This document shows positions 45,598-54,616 of a stretch of DNA of 64,000 nt, piece after piece. Under the pieces are notes generated by a model. That model did not search any database and was not told where the DNA came from. It saw only the letters and a list, made by a program, of their open reading frames with translations. The DNA is from an uncultured Kiloniellaceae bacterium (lineage in GTDB: Bacteria > Pseudomonadota > Alphaproteobacteria > Kiloniellales > Kiloniellaceae): contig CANLSF010000010.1 of NCBI GenBank assembly GCA_947493695.1, forward strand, positions 48,225-112,224, in the 5' to 3' direction. Position numbers and translations under genes: made by a program. The number at the start of each line of letters is the position of its first letter. Positions within the stretch are counted from its first letter, which is position 1.

Positions 45598-46548
45598 ATG
45601 ATCAAAGTCGTCCTCAGCAGGCTGGGTGAGTCAGCAGTGGTTCTACTGGTGATGTCCTTTGTGATCTATGCCCTGATCGGATTGATGCCGGGCGATCCCA
45701 TCGACATCATGGTCAGCTCGGACCCGAACCTGACGGCGGCTGATGCCGCCCGCTTGCGCGCTTTGCACGGCCTTGATCGCCCGATACACGAACGCTACCT
45801 GACCTGGCTGACGGCTGCCGCGCAGGGAGATTTCGGCTATTCCCGGCTCACCAACCAGCCGGTTCTGGATGTCCTTATTCCCCGGTTGGGCAATACAGTG
45901 ATCCTGATGGGCTGCAGTTTCCTGCTTGCCCTGTTGCTCGCGTTGCCCGCCGGCATTCTTGCAGCACTCGTCCCCCGCTCCTTTTTCGATCATGCCATCA
46001 ACCTCACGGCTTTCGCCGGGATCTCGGTGCCGCCCTTCTGGCTGGCCATTCTGCTGATCATTCTCTTTTCGGTAACGCTGGGCTGGTTGCCCGCCGGTGG
46101 CATGGGTGCGGCCGACGCGGACTTTGGCACCAGACTCTCCCATTTGGTCCTGCCCGTCCTGACGCTCACGCTGGCAACGCTCGGGGGACTGATCCGTTTC
46201 ATGCGCGCGGCAATGATTGAGGCCCTGCGTCAAGATTATGTGCGCACCGCGCACGCCAAGGGGCTGCATCCGGCCCAGGTCGTGGTCGGTCACGCGCTGC
46301 GCAATGCCATGATCCCCGTAACGACAATTCTGGCCCTGAATTTCGGCAGTCTCTTCTCCGGCGCACTGATTACCGAAACGATGTTCGGTTACCTCGGAAT
46401 GGGAAAAGCCATCTACGATGCCATTTTAGGCAATGACTATAATTTAGCCCTCGTCGGACTCTTGTTCGCTACGTTAACTACACTTCTGGCGAACCTGATC
46501 GCGGATTTGGCCTACGCATGGCTCGATCCCCGCGTTTCATTTGCTTAA
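45598..46548 (+). CDS. ABC permease, DppB/OppB-like
   Basis: 316 aa, 6 TM. Loop YVRTAHAKGLHPAQVVVGHALRNAM. Confidence 0.9.
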   Translation: MIKVVLSRLGESAVVLLVMSFVIYALIGLMPGDPIDIMVSSDPNLTAADAARLRALHGLDRPIHERYLTWLTAAAQGDFGYSRLTNQPVLDVLIPRLGNTVILMGCSFLLALLLALPAGILAALVPRSFFDHAINLTAFAGISVPPFWLAILLIILFSVTLGWLPAGGMGAADADFGTRLSHLVLPVLTLTLATLGGLIRFMRAAMIEALRQDYVRTAHAKGLHPAQVVVGHALRNAMIPVTTILALNFGSLFSGALITETMFGYLGMGKAIYDAILGNDYNLALVGLLFATLTTLLANLIADLAYAWLDPRVSFA

Positions 46549-46604
46549 GTGCTTAGTTTTACCAAATTTGAGCACCAATTGTTAACCAGTTCGGGGGCAC
46601 ACTC

Positions 46605-46973
46605 TTGTTTATTCGTAGACAACTCAATGACGGAGCAAAGCCCCGGCTTATGTTTTGGAAACCCAAACCGACAGTGCAGCGCAGACGGCACCCCAGAAGT
46701 GATTTCCCGCTTGAAATCCGCTTCGGCAACGAAGTTGTGTCGACTGTAAACTGGAGTTTGGGCGGGTTTCTGATCAAAACCGGCACGCACCGCCACAAGG
46801 GTACGCGTCACCGGATTCAGCTTGAAGTCCATGACGTCGAGAACGGTAAGGCCTGGGCCAACGCCGAATGCATCCGAAGCTACGGCGGCCGCAGCGCATT
46901 CCGTTTCAAGGATCTTTCAAAGCCCGCGTACCGCGCTCTGCGCCAGATGATCGCCGAAAAGCAAGCCGCCTAA
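46605..46973 (+). CDS. single-domain PilZ (c-di-GMP-binding) protein
   Basis: RRHPR (RxxxR) followed about 20 residues later by NWSLGG (D/NxSxxG). The start is uncertain: TTG 46605 or ATG 46650. Confidence 0.7.
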   Translation: MFIRRQLNDGAKPRLMFWKPKPTVQRRRHPRSDFPLEIRFGNEVVSTVNWSLGGFLIKTGTHRHKGTRHRIQLEVHDVENGKAWANAECIRSYGGRSAFRFKDLSKPAYRALRQMIAEKQAA

Positions 46974-47027
46974 GGCTTTCTTCTAAGCACTAGCCCCTAG
47001 CGCGTCCGTCATTTTCCTTGAATAGAG

Positions 47028-47663
47028 TTACTGCGGCGGGTTGACCGGCACCGTCTTGGAAAAAGACGAGCGCTTTGACAGATCCTCGAACCATGCCTTC
47101 AGTTTTGGATAACTCCCCCGCCAATTCCGCTCGTCATAGCGAAAATCCAGATACCCCAGCGCACAGCCAAGCGTAATCTGGGCAAGGTTCAGCATCTCGG
47201 CATTCGGATCTCCGCAGGCCTCAGGATCCGCCTCAAAGGCGGCCAGCCCGTTCTCGATCTTGCTCCACTGATCCTGGGTCCAGGTATCCCAGCGGAACTC
47301 TTCGGGCCGCAGCCAGGTTTCATAACGGATCAATACCGCTGCATCACAGAGACCATTGGCCAGGGCATGATCTCTAAGGATCGTCCAGCGTGCCTCACCA
47401 CCGCCGGGCAGGATGCGTCCGCCGCCAGCGCGCGCGTCCAGGTACTCACAGATCACGCCGGAATCGTAAAGCACGGAACCGTCATTGCGGGCCAGCGCCG
47501 GAATCTTGCGCAAAGGATTGCCGTTCTTTGCGTAGTCTTCATTGGCCATTCCCGGGGCAACGGGCGTCAGAACCAGCTCAATCTCGTCAGCCAGTCCAAG
47601 TTCCAGTGCAGCAATATGAACCTTGCGCGCGAAGGGGGATTGCGGTGCATGAAAGAGTTTCAT
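47028..47663 (-). CDS. glutathione S-transferase family protein
   Basis: MKLFHAPQSPFARKVHIAALELGL and RKIPAL form the thioredoxin-like N-domain, followed by a helical C-domain. I prefer ATG 47663. Confidence 0.85.
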   Translation of the reverse strand: MKLFHAPQSPFARKVHIAALELGLADEIELVLTPVAPGMANEDYAKNGNPLRKIPALARNDGSVLYDSGVICEYLDARAGGGRILPGGGEARWTILRDHALANGLCDAAVLIRYETWLRPEEFRWDTWTQDQWSKIENGLAAFEADPEACGDPNAEMLNLAQITLGCALGYLDFRYDERNWRGSYPKLKAWFEDLSKRSSFSKTVPVNPPQ

Positions 47664-47914
47664 CGCAGTGTCTCGCTTAACGTAAAGAGGAATGCCGGAG
47701 TTGGGTGAATCGTAACCCAGATGGGAAACGCTTGTCAGACGCATATGATGCAGCAGTTTGCCGCGAGAGTCTGATCGTTTTTTACTCTTTGAGTGAAAAA
47801 CCTGGATCAGCCACGCTTACTTTCAACCAAACGACAGCGATATCCTATCGAAGCGTCTCTGCTTGGTTTAGTATGGCCGCTTAAGACTCGCCTAACGCCC
47901 GGAACACGGAACCT

Positions 47915-48883
47915 ATGTCGGAGCCTGCCGCCAACTCTTCTCCCGGTTTTCTAGCTGCAGAGGCGGCCCTCGCAAGCGGCCCCGCCCGCTCTGTGCGCGC
48001 CCTTCTCGTACGCAGGTTTCTGCAGCACCATCTCGCCCTTATCAGCCTGGCCGTCCTGGTGGCGCTTGGCGCGCTGGCGGCGGCGGCACCGCTGGTGGAG
48101 AGCCTGTTGGGCGTCGACGCCAACCAGGTCAATCTGCTGGCTCTGAAGCAACTCCCGACGCTCGCCCATCCGCTTGGAACCGACGAACTCGGGCGGGATT
48201 TGTTGGTACGGCTGCTTTACGGCGGGCAGATTTCCCTGATGGTCGCCGTCGTCACGGCCCTTATTTCCGCCGTCATTGGCACAATCATTGGCGTGATTGC
48301 AGGCTATTATGGCGGCCCGTTGGATTCGCTCCTGATGCGGCTCACCGACGGCGTCATCGCCCTCCCTCTCCTGCCCTTGCTGATCGTGCTTGCGGCAGTG
48401 GACCTCTCCAAGACCGGCCTGCCGGAGAGTTTGGTCGCCTCGGACAATGTCAGTCTCTATCGCATCGTCATTCTGATTTCCCTCGTCGGCTGGACAACGG
48501 TCGCGCGTCTGGTGCGCGGCGCAACCTTGAGCATGAAGACGCGAGAGTTTGTAAGGGCCGCGCGCGGTCTGGGTGCCGGCTCGATCAGGATCATGATGGT
48601 TCATATCCTGCCGAACGTGATTTCGCCGGTGATTGTCGCCACCACGCTCTCCATCGGGAACATCATTCTGCTCGAATCGGTTCTAAGCTTTCTGGGGCTT
48701 GGAATTCAGCCGCCGATTCCAAGCTGGGGGAACATGCTGACCAATGCCCAGGAACTGATCTGGGACGCGCCAATGCTCGCCATGTGGCCGGGTCTCATGA
48801 TCTTCGTGACGGTGATTGCGTTCAATTTCCTGGGCGACGGCCTCCAGGACGCCCTGGATCCACGTGCTGTCGAGAAGAACTAA
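47915..48883 (+). CDS. ABC permease, DppC/OppC-like
   Basis: 322 aa. Loop FVRAARGLGAGSIRIMMVHILPNV. It is preceded by its own 250-bp intergenic region. Confidence 0.9.
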   Translation: MSEPAANSSPGFLAAEAALASGPARSVRALLVRRFLQHHLALISLAVLVALGALAAAAPLVESLLGVDANQVNLLALKQLPTLAHPLGTDELGRDLLVRLLYGGQISLMVAVVTALISAVIGTIIGVIAGYYGGPLDSLLMRLTDGVIALPLLPLLIVLAAVDLSKTGLPESLVASDNVSLYRIVILISLVGWTTVARLVRGATLSMKTREFVRAARGLGAGSIRIMMVHILPNVISPVIVATTLSIGNIILLESVLSFLGLGIQPPIPSWGNMLTNAQELIWDAPMLAMWPGLMIFVTVIAFNFLGDGLQDALDPRAVEKN

Positions 48884-48895
48884 AATCCGCGCTCC

Positions 48896-49573
48896 TCAAA
48901 GGCGGAGCAGGTTCGGCAGGGCATTCATATCGGTGAAGACTTCTGCTCCCTGCTGCGCCAGACGTGGATCCAATCCTGCAGGATCGTAACCGAACACGCG
49001 CATGCCTGCCGCCACTGCCCCCTGCACTCCAAGCGGACTGTCCTCAACAACGATACAGCGGATCGCTTCCTGCCCCATACTGCGGGCCGCATGTAAAAAA
49101 AGATCCGGGTGCGGTTTCCCTCGCTCGACTTCATAGGCCGAAAAGATACGGCCTTCGAAGCGTGGCTTCAGCCCCGTGACATCAAGGGTCACCGCCATCT
49201 TCTCATGAGGTCCCTGGGACGCCACGCAAAAGGGAATGCCACGTTCGGCCAGAAGATTCAGCAGTTCGTATATGCCCGGCACCGGCTGCAGATCTTTGCG
49301 GAAGGCGACATCCGTCCGCGCGCGCAGGTCCGGCAACCAGTTTTCCGGCAAAGATCGTCCGATCTTGCTCTCAATCGTCGCCATGACCGTATCGAGATGC
49401 GAGCCTTTGAAATGCTCCAAGCAATAGTCAGTGGTCACCGCCCATCCCAGCGCGGTGATTTCGTCAGCCATCACCGCATTGGCAATGGTCTCGCTGTCAA
49501 CGAGGACACCATCACAATCGAAGATGATAAGCTCGGGCGGCTCTTGCCCCGACGACGCTTGCCGTGCCGTCAT
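48896..49573 (-). CDS. HAD-superfamily hydrolase (subfamily IA, beta-phosphoglucomutase-like)
   Basis: Motif I IFDCDGVLVDSE and VVEDSPLGVQGAVAAGM. The ATG overlaps the stop of the upstream M20 gene (ATGA). Confidence 0.85.
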   Translation of the reverse strand: MTARQASSGQEPPELIIFDCDGVLVDSETIANAVMADEITALGWAVTTDYCLEHFKGSHLDTVMATIESKIGRSLPENWLPDLRARTDVAFRKDLQPVPGIYELLNLLAERGIPFCVASQGPHEKMAVTLDVTGLKPRFEGRIFSAYEVERGKPHPDLFLHAARSMGQEAIRCIVVEDSPLGVQGAVAAGMRVFGYDPAGLDPRLAQQGAEVFTDMNALPNLLRL

Positions 49574-50751
49574 CCAGCGCGCGGCATCGTGGTCTCGACC
49601 AGTTTCGCCCAGTAGCTCGCCCCGATCACCGAAATATCGTCATTGAAATCGTAGAGCGGATTATGAACCGAACAGCCGCCGGGCTGGCCGTCCGCACCGT
49701 TGCCGAGCCAGATGTAGCACCCCGGCTTCTTCTGCAGCATGTAGGCGAAATCCTCGGAGCCCATCAATGGCTGCATGCCGACCTCGACATTGGGTTCGCC
49801 CACCACCTGGGCGGCAACCTCGGCCGCGATATCGGTCTCGACCGCAGTGTTGACCACTGCCGGATAACGACGTTCGTACCGCATCTTCATACTGGCACCC
49901 TGTGAGTCGCAGATGCCTTTTGCTATTCGTTCGATATCGGCCTCAGTCTGCGCCTGGATATCGGCGTCAAAGCTGCGCACGGTGCCGCGGATCACGGCCT
50001 CCTGCGGGATCACGTTCCAGGTATCGCCTGCGTGAATCTGGGTCACACTCACCACCACGGATTCCAATGGATCGACCCGGCGTGAGGCGATGCTCTGCAG
50101 TGCGGTTACGATCTGCGAAGTAACGAGAATCGCATCGACCCCCAAATGCGGCATCGCGGCATGAGCGCCCACACCCTGAACGGTGACTTCGAAGATATCA
50201 AACGCGGCCATCGCTGGCCCTACGCGCATTCCGACCTGTCCGGTCGGAATCCCCGGCATATTGTGCAAGCCATAGACGGATTCGACTGGAAACTTGTCGA
50301 ACAGCCCCTCCTCAACCATCACGCGGCCACCGCCTTCGTTCTCCTCGGCAGGCTGGAAGATGAAGTTGACGGTCCCGTCGAAGTTCTTGGTTTCGGCCAG
50401 ATAACGGGCAGCCCCCAGCAGCATTGCCGTATGGCCGTCGTGACCGCAGCCATGCATCTTGCCTTCGTTCTTGGAGCGATGGTCGAACTCGTTCAACTCT
50501 GTCAGGTGCAGCGCATCCATATCCGCGCGCAGGCCAATGGCCCGGCCGTTCTTCTTGTTGCCGTGCAGCACACCAACGACCCCGGTGGTTGCCAGACCGC
50601 GGTGCACTTCAATGCCCCACTCGTTGAGTTTTTCGGCAACAAAATCCGACGTGCGGACTTCCTCGAACGCTGTTTCCGGATGAGCGTGCAAATCACGGCG
50701 CCAGCCTTTGATGTCGTCGTGGAATTCTGCGATGCGGTTAATGACAGCCAT
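49570..50751 (-). CDS. M20-family amidohydrolase (hippurate hydrolase / N-acyl-amino-acid amidohydrolase type)
   Basis: HAHPETAFEE and the metal site MHGCGHDGHTAMLLGAA. I prefer ATG 50751. Confidence 0.85.
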   Translation of the reverse strand: MAVINRIAEFHDDIKGWRRDLHAHPETAFEEVRTSDFVAEKLNEWGIEVHRGLATTGVVGVLHGNKKNGRAIGLRADMDALHLTELNEFDHRSKNEGKMHGCGHDGHTAMLLGAARYLAETKNFDGTVNFIFQPAEENEGGGRVMVEEGLFDKFPVESVYGLHNMPGIPTGQVGMRVGPAMAAFDIFEVTVQGVGAHAAMPHLGVDAILVTSQIVTALQSIASRRVDPLESVVVSVTQIHAGDTWNVIPQEAVIRGTVRSFDADIQAQTEADIERIAKGICDSQGASMKMRYERRYPAVVNTAVETDIAAEVAAQVVGEPNVEVGMQPLMGSEDFAYMLQKKPGCYIWLGNGADGQPGGCSVHNPLYDFNDDISVIGASYWAKLVETTMPRAG

Positions 50752-50781
50752 ACGTCGACTCTCCAATCCTGTGGTGGAAGA

Positions 50782-52533
50782 CTAGTGCGAAGGCGGTGCG
50801 GCTTCATCGTCCGCGACATCAAGGCCTTCACGGGAAAGGTTCTCAAGCTTAGGCATCAGATCAAGCAGATGCCGTGTGTATTCATGACCTGGCGCTTCGA
50901 AAAGTTGTTCTGTCTCAGCGATCTCGCAGATCTTGCCGTTTCGCATTACCGCAACCCGGTCGCACATCTGCCGGATAACCGGCAAGTCGTGACTGATAAA
51001 CAACATGGTAAGGCCGAGTTCGTCCTGCAAGTCCTTGAGAAGGTTCAGGATTTGCGCCTGGATCGAGACATCCAATGCCGAGGTCGGCTCATCGCAAATC
51101 AGAAAGCGCGGCCGTGTCGCCAGTGCGCGGGCAATTGAGATGCGCTGGCGCTGACCGCCTGAAAATTCATGAGGGAAGCGGTTCGCCGCCGCCCGGCCCA
51201 GACCGACATGCTCCAGAAGATCTTCGACAATCTCGACAACTTCGGCCCGCGACGACGCAAGCTTATGAAAGCGGATCGGCTCCGCCACGATGTCGAGGAC
51301 CCGCATGCGCGAGTTGAGCGAGGAGAAGGGATCCTGAAAGATCATCTGCATCTGCTGGCGGTAAGGCCGCAACTGCTTTTCATCTTTGATTTCCGTCAGA
51401 TTGCCACCGGCAAAATGAATGTTGCCGGAAAAGGGCCGATAGAGCCCGGCGATGCTGCGGGCAATCGTCGACTTGCCACTGCCGCTCTCACCGACCAGAC
51501 CAAAGGTCTCACCCTCGCGGATATCGAAAGAGACACTGTCGACCGCGGTAAAGAGCTTGTTTCGGCTGGGCAGGATCGATCTTTCGGTCACGAATTTAAT
51601 CGTCAGGGAGTCAACCTTCACCAATGACTCATCCTGTGAATCACTGTAGTTCCGCGCCTGTCCCAGCCAATGGGTCGATACATCGAAGTTGCTGCGCGTG
51701 GGCTCCGGTCCCTCGATGTAGTTGACCATTGGGAAGCGGTTCAGGCGCAGGTCAGCTCGTGGCACCGCAGAAATCAGGCTTTTTGTGTAGGGATGTTCAG
51801 GCGTCGAGAGGATCTTGGCCGTCGGGCCCTTTTCCACGATCTTGCCATGATACATCACAGCCACATTGTCGGTGATATCGGCGATCACGCCCATATCGTG
51901 GGTGATGATGACCATCCCCACCTGACGCTGCTTACAGAGGCTTCGAATCAGGTCCAGAATTTGAGCCTGGATCGAAACGTCCAGGGCCGTGGTCGGTTCA
52001 TCCGCGATGATCAGTTCAGGTTCGCCGCAGAGTGCCAAGGCGATAACAACCCGCTGACGCATTCCGCCGGAGAACTGATGCGGATAGTGTTTGACCCGGA
52101 CTTCAGGTTCGGGAATGCCGACCTGATCCAACAGCTCGATGGCGCGGGCCGTGGCCTCAACCTCACTCAGGCCAAGATGCGTCTGGATCGTCTCGACCAG
52201 CTGATACTCCACCGTATAAAGCGGATTCAGGCTGGTCAAAGGATCCTGAAAGATCATGCCGATGCGCCGACCGCGAATGCTGCGCATCTTTTCGTAGGGC
52301 AGGTTTTCGATGGCCGTACCATCCAGAGCGATGTGCCCTTCGGCAACGCGTCCCGGCGGTTCTAGCAGGTCGATCACCGCATTGCCGATGGTCGACTTCC
52401 CTGCGCCGGATTCACCGACGAGGCCGTAGATTTCTCCAGGCTCCAGCTCCAGCTGGATGTTTTCCACCGCGACGAAGGTCTCGTGACGGCCGGGGAATTC
52501 GACTTTCAGATCGTCGATCTTCAGGAGCGTCAT
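50782..52533 (-). CDS. fused double ABC ATPase (DppD/DppF-like halves)
   Basis: Two Walker A motifs (GESGAGKST, GESGSGKST) and two signature motifs (FSGGMRQR, FSGGQRQR). I prefer ATG 52533. Confidence 0.9.
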   Translation of the reverse strand: MTLLKIDDLKVEFPGRHETFVAVENIQLELEPGEIYGLVGESGAGKSTIGNAVIDLLEPPGRVAEGHIALDGTAIENLPYEKMRSIRGRRIGMIFQDPLTSLNPLYTVEYQLVETIQTHLGLSEVEATARAIELLDQVGIPEPEVRVKHYPHQFSGGMRQRVVIALALCGEPELIIADEPTTALDVSIQAQILDLIRSLCKQRQVGMVIITHDMGVIADITDNVAVMYHGKIVEKGPTAKILSTPEHPYTKSLISAVPRADLRLNRFPMVNYIEGPEPTRSNFDVSTHWLGQARNYSDSQDESLVKVDSLTIKFVTERSILPSRNKLFTAVDSVSFDIREGETFGLVGESGSGKSTIARSIAGLYRPFSGNIHFAGGNLTEIKDEKQLRPYRQQMQMIFQDPFSSLNSRMRVLDIVAEPIRFHKLASSRAEVVEIVEDLLEHVGLGRAAANRFPHEFSGGQRQRISIARALATRPRFLICDEPTSALDVSIQAQILNLLKDLQDELGLTMLFISHDLPVIRQMCDRVAVMRNGKICEIAETEQLFEAPGHEYTRHLLDLMPKLENLSREGLDVADDEAAPPSH

Positions 52534-52537
52534 GACG

Positions 52538-53476
52538 TCACCGCAATTTTGGATTAAGGGCGTCGCGCAACCAATCGCCCAGAAGATTGACTGCAAGAAC
52601 CAGCACCGCCAGAGCGATACCCGGGAAGATCGTGATCCACCATTCCCCTGAAAAGAGGAAATCGTTACCGACGCGGATCAGCGTCCCAAGCGACGGCTCG
52701 GTCGGCGGCACGCCGACACCAAGAAAGCTCAAGGTCGCCTCGGTGATGATGGCCAGCGCCAGATTGATGGTTGCGATCACCAGCAAGGGGCCCGTGACGT
52801 TTGGCAGTATATGCCGGAACACGATCAGGAAAGGCGGCAAGCCGGTCACCCGCGCCGCTTCGACGTATTCCTTGCTCTTCTCCACCAGTGTCGAGCTGCG
52901 CACCGTACGCGCGTACTGCACCCAGAACGACAGCCCGATGGCCAAAATCATGACATAGACGGCCAGCTCATCGTGAGTCTTCGGGTCAAGTGCGCCGCGG
53001 AAGATCCCGTCAATCAGAAGCGCGATCAAAATCGCCGGGAAGCTCAGTTGAATCTCGGCGGCCCGCATGATGAAAGCATCCAGAAATCCGCCGGCATAAC
53101 CGCTGATCAGCCCGAGCGAGACACCGAGCACCATGGCGAAGATCACACTGGCGAAACCCACGAACAGCGAAACGCGCGCCCCATGCATGATGGCAGACAG
53201 CATATCGCGTCCCTGGTCATCGGTTCCCAGAAGAAAACGGCTATCGCCATCTTCCATCCAGACCGGCGGCGCGAGGGAATCGATCAGACTGATACTCGCC
53301 AGATCAAGGGTATTGTGCGGTGCCAGAATCGGCGAAAATGCCGCTCCGACAATCATAATGAAGCTGACGAACGCAGCGACCATCACCATTTTGGAACTGC
53401 GGAAGGAGTGATAGAGGTCGCTGTTGGCCGCCCGCTGCAGAAGATCGAGGGCCCGAGCCGTAGTTGAAATAGACAT
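52538..53476 (-). CDS. ABC permease, DppC/OppC-like
   Basis: Loop YVEAARVTGLPPFLIVFRHILPNV. I prefer ATG 53476. Confidence 0.9.
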   Translation of the reverse strand: MSISTTARALDLLQRAANSDLYHSFRSSKMVMVAAFVSFIMIVGAAFSPILAPHNTLDLASISLIDSLAPPVWMEDGDSRFLLGTDDQGRDMLSAIMHGARVSLFVGFASVIFAMVLGVSLGLISGYAGGFLDAFIMRAAEIQLSFPAILIALLIDGIFRGALDPKTHDELAVYVMILAIGLSFWVQYARTVRSSTLVEKSKEYVEAARVTGLPPFLIVFRHILPNVTGPLLVIATINLALAIITEATLSFLGVGVPPTEPSLGTLIRVGNDFLFSGEWWITIFPGIALAVLVLAVNLLGDWLRDALNPKLR

Positions 53477-53489
53477 GCCTGGGCGCCCT

Positions 53490-54464
53490 TCAGTTTGAGC
53501 TGTCGACGCGCAAGCGAGGATCGACAACGTAATAGAGCAGGTCAACGATCATGTTGATCATGACGAAAAAGAACGCGATCAGCATCAGGTAAGCCGCCAT
53601 AATCGGTATATCCACGACCTGGATGGCCTGCAGGAACATCAATCCCATACCCGGCCACTGAAAGACCGTCTCGGTGATAATTGCGAAGGCGATCAGAGAA
53701 CCGAGCTGCAGGCCGGCAATCGTGATCACTGGAACAAGCGTGTTCTTGAGCGCATGCCCGAAGTTGATCGAACGATTGGCGAGACCACGCGCCCGGGCGA
53801 ACTTGATGTAGTCGCTGCGCAATACCTCGAGCATCTCGGAGCGCACCAGGCGCATAATCAAAGTCATCTGAAACAGCCCCAATGTGACTGCAGGCATGAT
53901 AACGGCTTTCCAGCCGGACGCTGTTAAAAGCCCGGTCGACCAGAAGCCGAAGTCAACCACCTCGCCCCGACCGAAGGACGGCAACCACTGCAATTGCACT
54001 GAAAATACGAAAATCAGAAGAATGCCGATCAGAAACGTCGGCAGGGAGACCCCGACCAACGAAATCGTCATGAAGATTTTCGAGAGCAGCGAATCGCGAT
54101 GCAGTCCGGTGTAGACCCCCATAGGCACGCCGACAACCAGCGTGAAGATGGCCGCGATAAAGCTGAGTTCCAGTGTGGCAGGCAAGCGATCGAGGATGAG
54201 ACCCGAGACCGCACGCTTATGCTGATAGGATTGGCCGAATTCGAACTGAAAGGCGTTACTGACAAAGCGCCCGAATTGAACCATCAGCGGGTCGTTGAGA
54301 CCCAAGCGTTCCCGTAAAGCTTCCCGGTCCGCCGCGGTGGTGTCGATCCCAACCATCTGATTGACGGGATCGCCAAGGAAATTGAACATCGTAAAGGCCA
54401 GCAACGCGACCAAGAACATTACGATAAACGATTGGAAGAATCGTTTGAATATGAAGCCGATCAT
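53490..54464 (-). CDS. ABC permease, DppB/OppB-like
   Basis: 324 aa. Loop YIKFARARGLANRSINFGHALKNTL. Confidence 0.9.
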   Translation of the reverse strand: MIGFIFKRFFQSFIVMFLVALLAFTMFNFLGDPVNQMVGIDTTAADREALRERLGLNDPLMVQFGRFVSNAFQFEFGQSYQHKRAVSGLILDRLPATLELSFIAAIFTLVVGVPMGVYTGLHRDSLLSKIFMTISLVGVSLPTFLIGILLIFVFSVQLQWLPSFGRGEVVDFGFWSTGLLTASGWKAVIMPAVTLGLFQMTLIMRLVRSEMLEVLRSDYIKFARARGLANRSINFGHALKNTLVPVITIAGLQLGSLIAFAIITETVFQWPGMGLMFLQAIQVVDIPIMAAYLMLIAFFFVMINMIVDLLYYVVDPRLRVDSSN

Positions 54465-54616
54465 TTGAACCTGGATCTAAATCCATTGCCGCGCCGAACG
54501 CGGATCAGTCACAGGAGATAAGAATCCGGCCTTTCGGAGCCTGCCGCAATCCGCCATTGGCAAATTGCGAAGCCAAGCCCGAAAGGCCGGGATTTTTTAG
54601 AGTAGACCTGAAGTCA

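Noticed and set aside
50146-51138. 330-aa plus-strand ORF (similar cases at 4163-5056, 10741-11580, 23305-24096 and 48000-48600)
   Set aside because: All are antisense to genes with clear family motifs (M20/ABC ATPase, acyl-CoA synthetase/SGNH, aminotransferase, ALDH/ADH, permease) and show no motifs of their own.
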